Notes: generated by a model not told the origin, from the sequence alone. 37,187 nucleotides of DNA from an uncultured Thermococci archaeon (GCA_964549615.1 CAZJVP010000032.1:1-37187); one strand, 5' to 3'; shown: positions 15,899-26,539, counted from the stretch's first letter. Translations and numbers: made by a program.

Positions 15899-18678
15899 GT
15901 CCGTCCTTGGAGTCGGAGCTTGCACCAGTCATGGAGGCCGCCGGGATATTCAGGCTTAACCAGGTTCAAGAGCGGGCGATTCCGTCCATCTTGGAGGGGA
16001 AGAACGTCCTCATCGTTGCGCCCACCGGGTCGGGAAAGACGGAGGCGGCGATGATCCCCATCCTGGCCAGGTACCTTAGGAACCGGTGCAGCGGGATCTC
16101 GATCCTCTACATCACCCCCCTCAGGGCCCTCAACCGGGACATAGTGAGGAGGATTTCCCAGTGGGCAGAACATCTCGGCCTCAGGGTCGATGTCAGGCAC
16201 GGGGATACTCCCCACCCCAGGCGGAGGGAGCAGACCAAGTCGCCTCCAGAGCTTCTCGTGACCACCCCTGAGACCCTGCAGGCTCTCCTGACGGGGAAGA
16301 TGATGCGCAGGAACCTCTCATCCGTCAGATGGGTCATAGTGGACGAGGTCCATGCGCTGGTGTCCAACAAGCGCGGCGTCCAGCTCTCGGTCGGGCTTGA
16401 GCGGCTGGCGATTGCCACTTCGGCCGACTTCCAACGCGTCGGGCTTTCCGCCACGCTCGCGAATCCGGAGGATGCTGCGAGGCTGATCTTCGGTTCCAGG
16501 CCCTTTGAGATCCAGGTCACCAAGATGCCCAAGCATTATCAGTTCAGGATCGAGTATCCCGAGCCGCGGATTGAGGACCTGCAGCTCGCAGACGATCTGT
16601 TCTCATCGCCCGAGGCGGCCGCGCGAGTTCGCAGGTTCAAGGAGCTTGCCGAATCCCACGATTCCGTCCTCATCTTCGCGAATGCGAGGACGATCGTCGA
16701 ACTCCTCGGCCACAGGCTCTCCAGGCTCGTGAACGCCGGGGTTCATCACGGGTCGGTCTCCCGGTCGGAACGAGAATCGATGGAGGACGCCTTCAAGAAA
16801 GGCGAGTTGCGAGTCTTGGTCTGCACCTCAACGCTGGAGCTTGGGATAGACGTCGGTTTCGTTGACTACGTGGTCCAGTATCAGTCGCCGATGGCCGTCT
16901 CGTCGCTGGTCCAGAGGTTCGGCCGGTCAGGCCACCGTCTGGATCGAACCTCCAAGGGATCGATCATCTGCACCACCCCGGAACAGATCCTTGAATCGAT
17001 AGCCATCGCCAGGCTTTTCCTGGAGGGGAAACTTGAGCCCCTCAAGATGCACAAGAACGCGCTTGACGTGCTCGCCCATCAGCTGGTCGGACTCGTGATG
17101 GACGGGCTGCGGATCGGGCCGAAGGAGGCATTCGCCATCCTGCGCAGGGCCCATCCCTACGCCACCCTTGATTTCGGGGAGTTCAAGGCCGTGCTAGACT
17201 TCATGCAGGGCCTGGGCATACTCTCGGTCTCGGCCAACCGGATTTCAAAGACCGGATCGACGCTGGACTACTACTACGAGAACCTGTCCATGATACCGGA
17301 TGAGCGCAGGTATCCCATCGTCGACACCTCCACCGGCGGCATCGTGGGAAGCCTGGGAGAAGAGTTCGTCGCCCTCCACTGCAAGGTTGGCCTGGACTTC
17401 ATATGCCGGGGCAAGGTGTGGCGCGTCGCAAGGTTGGGCGAGGATGGCGTCGTCTACGTCACGCCGAGCGGGAACGACGTCGGGGCCGTGCCCGGCTGGG
17501 ACGGGGAGCTTCCTCCCGTTCCGCGGGAGGTGGCGGAGCGTGCGGCCCTCTTGCGAAGGCACATGGACCTGCTGGAGCCCGGGATCGATGCGGACGATGC
17601 GGCCATGTACGCGGTGGAGGCCGAGATTCGATCCGAGCGGGCGGACGGCGTTGTGCCCGACCCCGAGGAGATCGTGTTCGAGGTCTTCGACCGCTTCCTC
17701 GTGGTTCACTCTTGCTTCGGAACCAGGATCAACCGGACCCTGCTCTTCCTCTTGAAACAACTCTCGCGGCGAGCCGGAGCACCAGGGAATGGTGGATCAC
17801 TGGTGGCCTCAAGCTGCGACCCATACAGGATCCTGATGCAGTTCGCACGAGCCCGGGAGTTCTCATTCGTGCAGGGGATGGCGGCGGCTCTTGGGAGCTT
17901 GACGCGGGAGGAGGTCGAAAGGTATGTTCGCTCGGAGATCGAGGCAGAATTCCCCTTCGTGCTCAAGCACATCGCGGCCCGGTTCGGCGCGATACCGCGC
18001 GGCATCCACCTGTTCGATCCGAGGTCCCGCGATCTTGAAAGGATATACAGGGATACCCCGATCTACCTTGAGGGGATCCGCGAGGGCAGCGTTGAGCAGC
18101 TCGACATCGACGGAGCCAGGGAGCTGGTTCAGGCCATCTGCAAGGGCAAGATCAAGGTTCGCTGTTTGGAGAGGTCGGACGAGGAGGGCCCGACGACCTG
18201 TGCCAGGCGCATCCTTAACCGTCTCGCGGAAGTCCCGGAACTCGGCCGCGGGACATCGAGGGAGGAAGTGGAGAAGGTGAGGAATAGGCTCCTGGCACGC
18301 ACCGTTCATCTGCGCTGTTTCGACTGCGGCCGCGCGGCACGCGCAAGGATCGCCGACCTGGACGAGATGCCAAGCTGCTCGTGCGGCTCCAGGTTCCTGA
18401 CCATGCCATCCGGGGCAGAGGAGAGGCTAATGTTGGACCTAAAGGTCTCCGGCGCTAGGATCGAAAGCCGCGAGGCAATATCCAGGCTGAAGTGGAAGGC
18501 CGACCTCATCTCGATCTATGGCAGGAAGGCAGTCATCGCGCTCTCCGTTAGGGGCATAGGGCCACAGACAGCCTCGAGGATCCTGAGCAAGATGCACGAC
18601 AAGGACGATGAGTTCATTGCGGATCTGATCCGCGCGAGCGGGGCCTACGAGGCAACGAGGCGTTACTGGAAAGCCTAG
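15886..18678 (+). CDS. lhr: Lhr-like SF2 (DEAD/DEAH box) ATP-dependent helicase with C-terminal Zn finger/HhH
   Basis: APTGSGKT, TPLRAL, DEVH, SAT, TSTLELGIDVG, QRFGRSGH; C-terminal CFDC...CSC and RGIGPQTA. Confidence 0.92.
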   Translation: MAEVGPSLESELAPVMEAAGIFRLNQVQERAIPSILEGKNVLIVAPTGSGKTEAAMIPILARYLRNRCSGISILYITPLRALNRDIVRRISQWAEHLGLRVDVRHGDTPHPRRREQTKSPPELLVTTPETLQALLTGKMMRRNLSSVRWVIVDEVHALVSNKRGVQLSVGLERLAIATSADFQRVGLSATLANPEDAARLIFGSRPFEIQVTKMPKHYQFRIEYPEPRIEDLQLADDLFSSPEAAARVRRFKELAESHDSVLIFANARTIVELLGHRLSRLVNAGVHHGSVSRSERESMEDAFKKGELRVLVCTSTLELGIDVGFVDYVVQYQSPMAVSSLVQRFGRSGHRLDRTSKGSIICTTPEQILESIAIARLFLEGKLEPLKMHKNALDVLAHQLVGLVMDGLRIGPKEAFAILRRAHPYATLDFGEFKAVLDFMQGLGILSVSANRISKTGSTLDYYYENLSMIPDERRYPIVDTSTGGIVGSLGEEFVALHCKVGLDFICRGKVWRVARLGEDGVVYVTPSGNDVGAVPGWDGELPPVPREVAERAALLRRHMDLLEPGIDADDAAMYAVEAEIRSERADGVVPDPEEIVFEVFDRFLVVHSCFGTRINRTLLFLLKQLSRRAGAPGNGGSLVASSCDPYRILMQFARAREFSFVQGMAAALGSLTREEVERYVRSEIEAEFPFVLKHIAARFGAIPRGIHLFDPRSRDLERIYRDTPIYLEGIREGSVEQLDIDGARELVQAICKGKIKVRCLERSDEEGPTTCARRILNRLAEVPELGRGTSREEVEKVRNRLLARTVHLRCFDCGRAARARIADLDEMPSCSCGSRFLTMPSGAEERLMLDLKVSGARIESREAISRLKWKADLISIYGRKAVIALSVRGIGPQTASRILSKMHDKDDEFIADLIRASGAYEATRRYWKA

Positions 18679-18690
18679 GCATGGATGGAT

Positions 18691-18717
18691 GAAAAAGGAG
18701 AAAAAAGGGAAAAAAAT
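18691..18717 (-). terminator. Oligo-T archaeal terminator downstream of thermosome gene
   Basis: Three T runs on the minus strand just after the stop codon at 18732. Confidence 0.7.
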
Positions 18718-18731
18718 GGGGCCAGCCGATC

Positions 18732-20363
18732 CTAGTACTCTGGCCCGTACTCACCGCTCGGCGGCGTCTTGGGCTTCTCCAGCTCCTTCGAAGCTATGAC
18801 GTCGTCGATCCTCAGGATCATCATGGTGGCGTCGCAGGCCGACTTGATGGCCTGGGTCTTGACCGACCATGGCTCGACGACGTTCAGCTTGTACATGTCC
18901 TTGATCTTGCCGGTGAGAACGTCAAGCCCCATCGCCGGGCCCTTCTCGGCGCTTGCAGCCATTAGATCCTGCATCGTGTCGATCGGGTCAAGCCCGGCGT
19001 TCTCGCCCAGGGCCCTTGGGATCGCTTTCAGAGCCTCGCTGAATGCCTCGACGGCCAGGCCCTCTCGGCCTCCGACCGTCTTCGCATACTCATCGAGCTC
19101 TCTGCAGATCGCTATCTCGCTCGCTCCCCCGCCCGCAACTATCTTCGGGTGCTGGAGCACTTGGGCGACCACGCAAACGGCGTCGTGGAGGGCCCGCTCG
19201 ATCTCGTCGACGACATGCTCGGTCCCGCCCCTAACGAGGATTGTCACGGCCTTCGGGTTCTTGCAGTTCTCAACGAATATCATCTCGTCGCCCGCGATCT
19301 TCCGCTCCTCCACAAGGCCCGCGGTGCCGAGGTCGTTCTTGCTCAGCTCCTTGAGGCTCATCACCACGTTGCCGCCGGTCGCTCGGCTCAGCTTCTCCAT
19401 GTCAGATTCCTTGACTCGGCGCGCGGCCAGTATCCCCGCCTTCGCGAGGTAGTGTTGGGCGAGGTCATCTATTCCCTTCTGGCAGAGGAGGACGTTTGCT
19501 CCGGTCTCCTTGACCTTGTCGACCATCTTCTTCAGCATGTTCTCCTCCTCCTCGAGGAACTGGCGGAGCTGGTCCGGGGACGTGATGTTGATCTTGGCAT
19601 CGGTCTCGGTCTTCTCTATTTCGAAGGCCTGGTTGACCAACGCAATCTTGGCGTTCTCGACGCGCTTCGGCATGCCCGGGTGCACTCGCTCCTTGTCGAT
19701 GAGTATCCCGTGGATCAATTGAGAATCGGTGACTGCGCCGCCCTCCTTCTTCTCGAGCTTGACATGGTCGATATCGACCTCGTACTTGTCGTTGACCTTC
19801 TCCGCCACGAGTTTGACTGCCTTCACCGCCAACTCGGCGAGCTCCTCCCTCGCCACCTCGGCGCCCTTTCCGGTCATCGCCGTGATCGCGATGTTGGTCA
19901 GAACCTTGACGTCATCGGGCTCGACGGGCTTTGCAATTTTGTCGAGGATTTCCAAGGCCTTGGCTTGGGCCATCCTGTAGCCCTTTATGATGACAGTCGG
20001 GTGCACGTCCTGGTCCAAGAGTTCCTCGGCCTTGGCGAGCAGCTCCCCTGCGAGGACCACGGCGGATGTGGTTCCGTCGCCGACCTCCTCATCCTGCGTC
20101 TTCGCGACTTCGACCAACATCTTGGCGGCTGGGTGCTCGACGTCCATCTCGTCGAGGATCGTTGCTCCGTCGTTGGTGATCACTACGTCGCCGAGGGTGT
20201 CGACGAGCATCTTGTCCATGCCGCGTGGGCCCAGCGTGGTCCTGACGGCTTCTGCGATTATCTTCGCGGCCATGATGTTGTTTCTCTGGGCGTCTCTACC
20301 TCTGGTTCTTTCCGAACCTTCCTTCAGTATCAAAACGGGTGTTCCGCCTAGCTGAGATGCCAT
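18732..20363 (-). CDS. thsA: Thermosome (group II chaperonin) subunit
   Basis: [35 protein letters not shown]; ATG at 20363; alpha versus beta subunit not distinguishable by eye. Confidence 0.96.
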   Translation of the reverse strand: MASQLGGTPVLILKEGSERTRGRDAQRNNIMAAKIIAEAVRTTLGPRGMDKMLVDTLGDVVITNDGATILDEMDVEHPAAKMLVEVAKTQDEEVGDGTTSAVVLAGELLAKAEELLDQDVHPTVIIKGYRMAQAKALEILDKIAKPVEPDDVKVLTNIAITAMTGKGAEVAREELAELAVKAVKLVAEKVNDKYEVDIDHVKLEKKEGGAVTDSQLIHGILIDKERVHPGMPKRVENAKIALVNQAFEIEKTETDAKINITSPDQLRQFLEEEENMLKKMVDKVKETGANVLLCQKGIDDLAQHYLAKAGILAARRVKESDMEKLSRATGGNVVMSLKELSKNDLGTAGLVEERKIAGDEMIFVENCKNPKAVTILVRGGTEHVVDEIERALHDAVCVVAQVLQHPKIVAGGGASEIAICRELDEYAKTVGGREGLAVEAFSEALKAIPRALGENAGLDPIDTMQDLMAASAEKGPAMGLDVLTGKIKDMYKLNVVEPWSVKTQAIKSACDATMMILRIDDVIASKELEKPKTPPSGEYGPEY

Positions 20364-20406
20364 ATGTAGGGTCACCTCGAACTCAACGGCTGTGGTTATT
20401 TGCCAG

Positions 20407-20418
20407 TTATATAAAAAT
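20407..20418 (-). promoter_or_regulatory. TATA box of thermosome gene
   Basis: TTTTTATATAA on the minus strand about 45 nt upstream of the ATG, with a GAGGTGA RBS in between. Confidence 0.65.
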
Positions 20419-20572
20419 CTTACAGCCGGGCCGTGCCTGGCGGACCTTCCTGGCATGCTGAAGACAGGGTGGAAATGCTCAGTTTTTCGGGCGACGCATC
20501 GTCACGGCGACCGGCTTTCCGGGCCTCCCCTCCTCGGTAATAGTTTTAAGATCTCCGTTTCGAAACGATGGC

Positions 20573-20824
20573 ATGCAGCTATTTCTGGGCTATGCCGCCC
20601 TGCTGATCGTTGTTGGCCAGGTGCTGGCCGTCCTTGGGGTCATCTTGGTCATCTACTTCTCCGTTCGCCAGAGACTGCAGGAGCGCGCTCGTCCCGCGAA
20701 GAAACGCAGGAGAAAGGGCCTCCCCTACCCGGATCTTCACTACCTTCACGTCTTGCGGCAGCGTTACCCTGTGGGCAGGCGGCTGAGGCAGGCTTTCCTG
20801 AAGGGAAAGACTCCGGGGATCTAG
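20573..20824 (+). CDS. Small membrane protein with basic C-terminal tail
   Basis: Hydrophobic N-terminal 30 aa, K/R-rich tail, upstream TTTTAAG. Confidence 0.55.
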   Translation: MQLFLGYAALLIVVGQVLAVLGVILVIYFSVRQRLQERARPAKKRRRKGLPYPDLHYLHVLRQRYPVGRRLRQAFLKGKTPGI

Positions 20825-20827
20825 GGC

Positions 20828-21616
20828 CTACGTGGCCGGCCTGGTCTTAGCCTTTGCCGTCTCGACGCTGGCCTTCAGGGCCTCGATCAGGCTCTTGGGT
20901 TCCTCCGGCTGTGGGGTTGGCGGCGGCTCGACCTTGATCCCGCTCACCTTCGACTCGATCAGGCTGATGAGCGCTTTTCTGTATTCGTCCTCGTGCGCCT
21001 CGGGCCTGAAGCTCTCGGTCATGGCATCCACGAGCTGCTGGGCCATCCGGAGCTCGTTCGGCCGAAGCGTTATGTTTGTGAGGCCCGCGACTACGTCGTC
21101 GGGTTTCCTTATCTCGTCCGGATAGAACATCGTCTCAAGGATCAGTGCTCGCTGAAAGTGCCTGACACAGCAGAGGCGCTGTCTGGTCTTGATCACGATC
21201 TTCGCCACGGCGATGCGGTTGGTCAGTTGCATGACCTGCGTGAGGAGAGCGTATGCCTTCTCTGCCCCCTCCTCGGGCGCCAAGTAGTAGGACTTGTCGA
21301 AGTAGATGGGGTCGATCTCGCTCAGGTCGACGAACTGGATGATGTCGATGTTCTTGCCCTTCGGGAAGGGGACGGATCTTAGGTCATTCTCGTCCAGGGT
21401 CACCCACTTGCCCTTCTCATACTCGTATCCCCTGGAAACGTCCTGCCACGCTATGACCGCGTTGCACTTCGGGCAGACTCGGTCGTACTTAAGCGGGGTG
21501 CCGCACTGGGCGTGAACATAGTTGAAGGCTACGGACTTGGATTCCGTAGCTGGAAACATGTTGACCGGTATCGTGACGAGCCCGAACGTGATGTAGCCCG
21601 ACCAAAGGTAACGCAC
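20828..21616 (-). CDS. ku: Prokaryotic Ku protein (NHEJ DNA end-binding)
   Basis: WSGYITFGLVTIPV, RGYEYEKG, IDPIYFDKSYYLAP, TMFYPDEIR, D.YR..L, LIEALKAS; GTG 21616 follows a GGTGAGG RBS (alternative ATG 21631). Confidence 0.95.
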   Translation of the reverse strand: MRYLWSGYITFGLVTIPVNMFPATESKSVAFNYVHAQCGTPLKYDRVCPKCNAVIAWQDVSRGYEYEKGKWVTLDENDLRSVPFPKGKNIDIIQFVDLSEIDPIYFDKSYYLAPEEGAEKAYALLTQVMQLTNRIAVAKIVIKTRQRLCCVRHFQRALILETMFYPDEIRKPDDVVAGLTNITLRPNELRMAQQLVDAMTESFRPEAHEDEYRKALISLIESKVSGIKVEPPPTPQPEEPKSLIEALKASVETAKAKTRPAT

Positions 21617-21672
21617 TGCCTCACCAGTCATTGCTGGCGGCGCTTTTCGTTATTAATCCTATCAGGCGCTGT

Positions 21673-22659
21673 TCACGCGACCTGCCGCGTGGCCTTCTTG
21701 AGCCCGCTCTCCCTGATCGCAAGCGTCACCGCTAGCGTCTTGGCCCCTTCCGAGATGGGCGTGAGCGTCGGCCTGTCCTTCAATATTGCCTCGGTGAAGT
21801 GCTTGGCCTCGACCTTGTTAAGGTCGACGGCTTGGCTGTGATACTCCTCCCTTGATCCGTTCTCGTTCCAGGTTATCTTCAGCGAATGGGGGTCTTGGAG
21901 GTCTAGGACCGCCCTCTTCGTGAAGATGGAGAGATCGACTATCCACTTGCCCGGATAGCCGCCCGTCGTTGCGACCATCGACCCGACCGCACCCGAGGCG
22001 AACCTGAGGGCGGTCGAACTCACATCCTCTATCTCCAGGTCCTGCACCTCGGTCCAGTAGCGACGATCCATTTCCGCGTGCACCCTGACGATTTCTCCGC
22101 AGAGGTATCTCAGCAAGTCGACCGCATGGGTGGACTGCTCAACTATCTGGCCGCCTCCCATGGAGATCTTCCTCCACCACGATCCGCCGAGGAAGTTGCA
22201 CACGTACTTGCCAAGGGCCATGGTGACCGGTCCGAGCTTTTCTCCTTGGAGAAGGGCCTTTGCCCTTTGAACCCCTTTGCCGAATCTCAGCTGGTAGCCG
22301 ACTTGGCTCTTCACGCCCGCTTTCTCCACCGACCGCACCATTCGCCTCGCGAGTCGCATATCCAGCGCGATCGGCTTCTGGATGAAGATGTGAATGCCCT
22401 TCTCTGCGGCGAGTTCGACCTCGTTGGTGTGTGCGAAGGGTGGCAGGCAGATGTAGACCGCGTCCATCTTTTCCTTCTCGTACATCTCCGCGAAGCTGGT
22501 GTAGGGATTGCCGCCGTACTCTTTGCAGTAGGATTTCGCCTTCTCCTCGACGATGTCACAGAAGGCGGCAAATCTCACGTTGCCCAGTTCCTTGAGCGGC
22601 TTTGCGTGTGCCCTGGCAATTCCGCCAGCACCTATGAAACCCACTGAGAGTTCGCGCAT
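21673..22659 (-). CDS. Gfo/Idh/MocA family NAD(P)-dependent oxidoreductase
   Basis: GFIGAGGIA, PPFAH, QKPIA, GGGQIVEQSTHAVD. Confidence 0.92.
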   Translation of the reverse strand: MRELSVGFIGAGGIARAHAKPLKELGNVRFAAFCDIVEEKAKSYCKEYGGNPYTSFAEMYEKEKMDAVYICLPPFAHTNEVELAAEKGIHIFIQKPIALDMRLARRMVRSVEKAGVKSQVGYQLRFGKGVQRAKALLQGEKLGPVTMALGKYVCNFLGGSWWRKISMGGGQIVEQSTHAVDLLRYLCGEIVRVHAEMDRRYWTEVQDLEIEDVSSTALRFASGAVGSMVATTGGYPGKWIVDLSIFTKRAVLDLQDPHSLKITWNENGSREEYHSQAVDLNKVEAKHFTEAILKDRPTLTPISEGAKTLAVTLAIRESGLKKATRQVA

Positions 22660-22792
22660 GCTATCGATCGTAGATCCCTGCCAATTCGCTTATTAATGCA
22701 ATAGGGCGATCTTCCCAGCAAGCGGACGCGGTCTTGCTCGGGGTTGAGGAATCCCAAAAGCGTTTTCAGATCCACCCCGCCTGCGAGGCCCG

Positions 22793-23956
22793 ATGGCCGC
22801 GCAGAGAAGGTTCAAGATCCTTTACTTCACCTACTTCGCTGCGCTTGGCGCCGTGCTCCCATATCAGGTCCTGTTCTTCGAGAGAAAGGGTCTCTCGTTC
22901 ACCCAGATAGGCGTGATCGGATCGGCCGCAGCCGCAGCAGCAATCCCTCTCGGGTTGCTCTGGGTGAATTGGTCCGACAGGGCGGGCAAACGCAGACCTT
23001 TCATCGCCTTCGGCTTCATCTCGCAGATCGCCCTGTGGCTGGGAATCTCAGCGGCATCCGGCTTCTGGGCGTTTCTGCTCCTCATGCTCCTCGCGTCAAT
23101 CCTTGTGCCCCCGCTCGAGGCGCTGCTGAACGTGGTGGTCCTAGCAGGGAGCGACGAAACTAGGAAGGGAACCGAGTACTCTCTGGTCAGGGTATGGGGC
23201 TCCGTCGGCTGGATCGTCTCGGCTGCAGTCGGGGGTGCCCTGGTCCAGTCAATCGAGTTGAGGTTCTCCTTCTTCTTCGGCTCGGCACTGTTGGCTCTCT
23301 GCGTGGTCCAGCAATTCGGAAGCGAACCGCATGGCTCTGGAAGCGCGAACGGCAGACGGCGAGAGGCGACCCGCCTGGGAAGGGAGGTTTCATTCCTCGC
23401 GGCGACCCTGATCAGAGAACTGAGCGTGGGAATTGCTTATGCCTTTCTTTCGATCTACTTGGACAAGATCGGGACCCCCTACTGGCTGCTTGGATGGGCC
23501 TGGGCGATCTCGGCCTTGCCCGAACTCCCGATCATGGTCCTCGCCGGCCGGGCCTCGGACCGGATCGGGAGGAATCCGCTGCTCATTGCGGGGTTTGCCT
23601 GCTCAAGCGCGATGGGATACGCGTACTCCGTTGTGCGGACCCCGGTCCTAGCGGTGCCTTTGATGTCTCTGAGCGGGATATCCTTCGGGCTGTCGCACAT
23701 TGCCTCGGTCGGTTTCATGGCCGACATCGCTCCGCACAACCGGCAGGCAATGGCCCAGGGGGTGTACGTCGTCCTGACCACCAATGTCCCAAGAGTCGCG
23801 GGGCCGTTCCTTGGGGGTCTCATCCTGGACAGGATGGGTCTTGCCGCCCTGTTCTCGACGTCCGGGACGTTATCCCTCATTTCCGCGGTGATCCTTGCTC
23901 CCAGGTGGCTAAGCAGCCGAGGAACGGACCCAAAGGGCCATCATGAAAGTACCTAG
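22793..23956 (+). CDS. MFS transporter
   Basis: About 12 hydrophobic segments, SDRAGKRR and GRASDRIGRN MFS loop motifs, RVWGSVGW. Confidence 0.9.
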   Translation: MAAQRRFKILYFTYFAALGAVLPYQVLFFERKGLSFTQIGVIGSAAAAAAIPLGLLWVNWSDRAGKRRPFIAFGFISQIALWLGISAASGFWAFLLLMLLASILVPPLEALLNVVVLAGSDETRKGTEYSLVRVWGSVGWIVSAAVGGALVQSIELRFSFFFGSALLALCVVQQFGSEPHGSGSANGRRREATRLGREVSFLAATLIRELSVGIAYAFLSIYLDKIGTPYWLLGWAWAISALPELPIMVLAGRASDRIGRNPLLIAGFACSSAMGYAYSVVRTPVLAVPLMSLSGISFGLSHIASVGFMADIAPHNRQAMAQGVYVVLTTNVPRVAGPFLGGLILDRMGLAALFSTSGTLSLISAVILAPRWLSSRGTDPKGHHEST

Positions 23957-24210
23957 GGGGTTGGTCTGAGTGACTTCCTGCCGGTTGCCTTGTGTGCGGT
24001 GAAGACGATCGGGGAGGAGTTTGGCCAGAAGAGTACACGCCTTGCTTGCCTTTGGGGGGCAGGCCGGAACGATAATGCTTACGGAGGCTGAGTCTCGACA
24101 TGCCCGCCCGGCGCAGGCAGACGGGACCGGGGGTCGGAGAATTCGTAGTAGTTAAGAACGGTGGCGCTGTTCGGTGGCAAGGAAAAAGAGGCCTTGGGAG
24201 GCTGGCTTAC

Positions 24211-24600
24211 ATGGAATACGTGACGAAGATCGACGGCGTGCCGATCAACGTGTGGAGGGCTCCGAAGGAAGGCGAGCCTCGGCCGATAGCTACCCTGCTG
24301 GATGGACAGGATCTAATCACGCCGGGATCCAGGGGCGCCATCGCGGGGTCGGAGAGATTGACGGTGTTGGTCCAGAACTACCGGCCCGGCGGCTTTCACG
24401 AGCCCCACTCCCATGATGATTGTGAGCAGGTCTTCTACGTCCTCAAGGGCAAGGGGGAGTTCCTCCTTGGAAAGGAGTGGGTCCGCATTTCGCAGGGCGA
24501 CGTTCTCTATGTTCCGCGCCACGAGGAGCATGCGGCAAGGAACACCGGTCGGGGGACGCTCGTCCTGATATTCGTGAGCGTCCGATTGCAATCCAAGTGA
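24211..24600 (+). CDS. Cupin domain protein
   Basis: PGGFHEPHSH..EQVFYVLKGKG and GDVLYVPRHEEH..RN cupin motifs; ATG 24211 after GGAGG. Confidence 0.88.
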   Translation: MEYVTKIDGVPINVWRAPKEGEPRPIATLLDGQDLITPGSRGAIAGSERLTVLVQNYRPGGFHEPHSHDDCEQVFYVLKGKGEFLLGKEWVRISQGDVLYVPRHEEHAARNTGRGTLVLIFVSVRLQSK

Positions 24601-26120
24601 TCGAGCAGAGAAAGGCAGTTGGCGTGAAATCCGTGTCGTCGAGAGAAGGGCTGCTGAGGGTCCAGATCGTTGAGGGTGGTCGGCTCGCTCCCGCCAGGGT
24701 CCACCTCAGGGCATCGGACGGCAGGTGGCGCTGCCCTCCGGGCTGCATCCCATATGAGAAGGACGAGCATTTCACAACGATGGGCAGCTTCGCCCTGTCG
24801 CTTCCGGTTGGGAGCACGTCCATCACGATAGAGAGGGGGAAGGAGTGGGAGCCGATCACCGATTCCTTCACGATGCGAGGGGGTAAGGTTGTCTCGAGGA
24901 GGTATGAGCTTCATCGATGGATCGACATGGCTCGGCTCGGGTGGTATTCTGGGGACACTCACGTCCATCGGCCCATTCGTCAGATGCTCCATCTCATGGA
25001 GGCCGAGGACCTCAACGTCGCCCCGGTCATCACGGTCTGGAATGAGTGGGATGCTTGGCACGGCAAGTTGCCCGGGAGGCGTCGGATTGTAACCAGGGGT
25101 CGCCGTGCCTACGGCGTCCTGAGCCAGGAGGACGAAAGAGGTGGCGGTGCCTTGATAGGATTCGACCTAGTCCGGCCCGTCAGGATGAGGACGACAAGGT
25201 GGTATCCTGCTCAGGTTGTATACGCGAAAAGGTGGAAGAGGCAGGGGGCGTTGGTGGAGCAGGAAAAGCCGTTCTGGTTGGAGGCTCCGGTGAACGTGGC
25301 GCTGGGGGTTGTGGACGTCATCGGGATCGTCAACAATCACATGCAGAGAGCGGACGTCATGGACCACGAGGCATGGGGACGCCCCCGTGACAGAAGAAAG
25401 TATCCAGGCAAGATGGGCTACGTCCGGAACGTGCTGGACCTTTACTACCGGTACCTGAACCTTGGAATCAAGATCCCCATCTCGGCCGGGTCAGCATCGG
25501 GGGTGCTGAGGAACCCCCTGGGCTACAATCGGCTCTACGTTCGTTTGGAGGAAGGCTTCAGCTACGAGGGTTGGTTCCGGGGCATGAAGGCAGGCCGCGG
25601 GTTTGCAACGAATGGGCCGATGCTGTTTCTAGAGGTTGGTGGCAGAACGCCGTCGTTGACGGAAAGCCTTCCCAGGTTCTCGTGCGTCGAACTGAAGATC
25701 AAGACCCTGTCCGCGAACGGACTCCGGTTCGTGGATCTTGTGAGGAATGGCAAGGTGTACAGGAGGTTTCACCTCCAGGGGCAGAGGGAATTCGAGGCGA
25801 TCGTTCAGCTGAAGCTAAAGGAGAGCTGTTGGATCGCTGCGAGGGCGTTCGAGGAGAACGAAAGGACCGTGCGCCTCGCGCACTCAAACCCGGTTTTCTT
25901 GGAGGCTGACTGCCAGCCGATGACGCCGTCCCAAGATGATGCGCTCTACTACGCAAGGTGGTGCGAAGACCTGCTGCGAGGTCTTAGGGAGGAGCCGGGC
26001 AGGTTCGTGTCGGATCGCCAACGCGCCGAGGTGGAGCGGGCATACAGGTCTGCCATCTCGTTCTACCAGGGACTGGCGGCCAGAGCGGGTCCAAACGAGC
26101 GGGACTGCAACAACCGTTAA
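24597..26120 (+). CDS. CehA/McbA-like PHP-fold metallohydrolase
   Basis: GWYSGDTHVH, ISAGSASG, GYNRLYV, FATNGP, AHSNP; GTGA overlap with the cupin stop (alternative GTG 24624). Confidence 0.78.
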   Translation: MIEQRKAVGVKSVSSREGLLRVQIVEGGRLAPARVHLRASDGRWRCPPGCIPYEKDEHFTTMGSFALSLPVGSTSITIERGKEWEPITDSFTMRGGKVVSRRYELHRWIDMARLGWYSGDTHVHRPIRQMLHLMEAEDLNVAPVITVWNEWDAWHGKLPGRRRIVTRGRRAYGVLSQEDERGGGALIGFDLVRPVRMRTTRWYPAQVVYAKRWKRQGALVEQEKPFWLEAPVNVALGVVDVIGIVNNHMQRADVMDHEAWGRPRDRRKYPGKMGYVRNVLDLYYRYLNLGIKIPISAGSASGVLRNPLGYNRLYVRLEEGFSYEGWFRGMKAGRGFATNGPMLFLEVGGRTPSLTESLPRFSCVELKIKTLSANGLRFVDLVRNGKVYRRFHLQGQREFEAIVQLKLKESCWIAARAFEENERTVRLAHSNPVFLEADCQPMTPSQDDALYYARWCEDLLRGLREEPGRFVSDRQRAEVERAYRSAISFYQGLAARAGPNERDCNNR

Positions 26121-26150
26121 ATAGGTGCCGAGCAAGAGGCAGGGCTGCCC

Positions 26151-26483
26151 ATGGACTACGTGGCCCGGTCAAGAAATCGGCTTCTGGAGAGGTTGGGCTG
26201 GGGCAGCTTCCTGATCGGCCTAGGATGCCTTTACCTTTGCAAGGACTACTATGATCTCAACTTCTGGGCGCTGTCTTTCCTCCTTGCGGGCGGCATTCTC
26301 TTGATGATGAACATCGCTAGGGCCTGGTGGAAGATGAAGATAGCCAAGGGAAGCCTTGGGATCGGCAGCATACTCGTCATCGTCGGCGCGGCCACGCTGA
26401 GGGGAATCAAGCTGAACTGGATCGCGTTGGCATTCCTGTTGATCGGGATCTGGATCATCCTAGATGCTCTGACCAAGAGATAG
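26151..26483 (+). CDS. Four-TM membrane protein
   Basis: Four short hydrophobic helices; ATG preceded by TTAAATA. Confidence 0.75.
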   Translation: MDYVARSRNRLLERLGWGSFLIGLGCLYLCKDYYDLNFWALSFLLAGGILLMMNIARAWWKMKIAKGSLGIGSILVIVGAATLRGIKLNWIALAFLLIGIWIILDALTKR

Positions 26484-26539
26484 AGGGGCTACACGGCCGC
26501 GGCTACGAATCGTTCGGTGCCTGGCTTGATCGGCGAGGA

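Noticed and set aside
19149-20351. Long antisense ORFs (also 3391-4290, 32416-33324, 14900-15673 and others)
   Set aside because: Shadow frames of well-supported genes, expected with GC-rich codon bias
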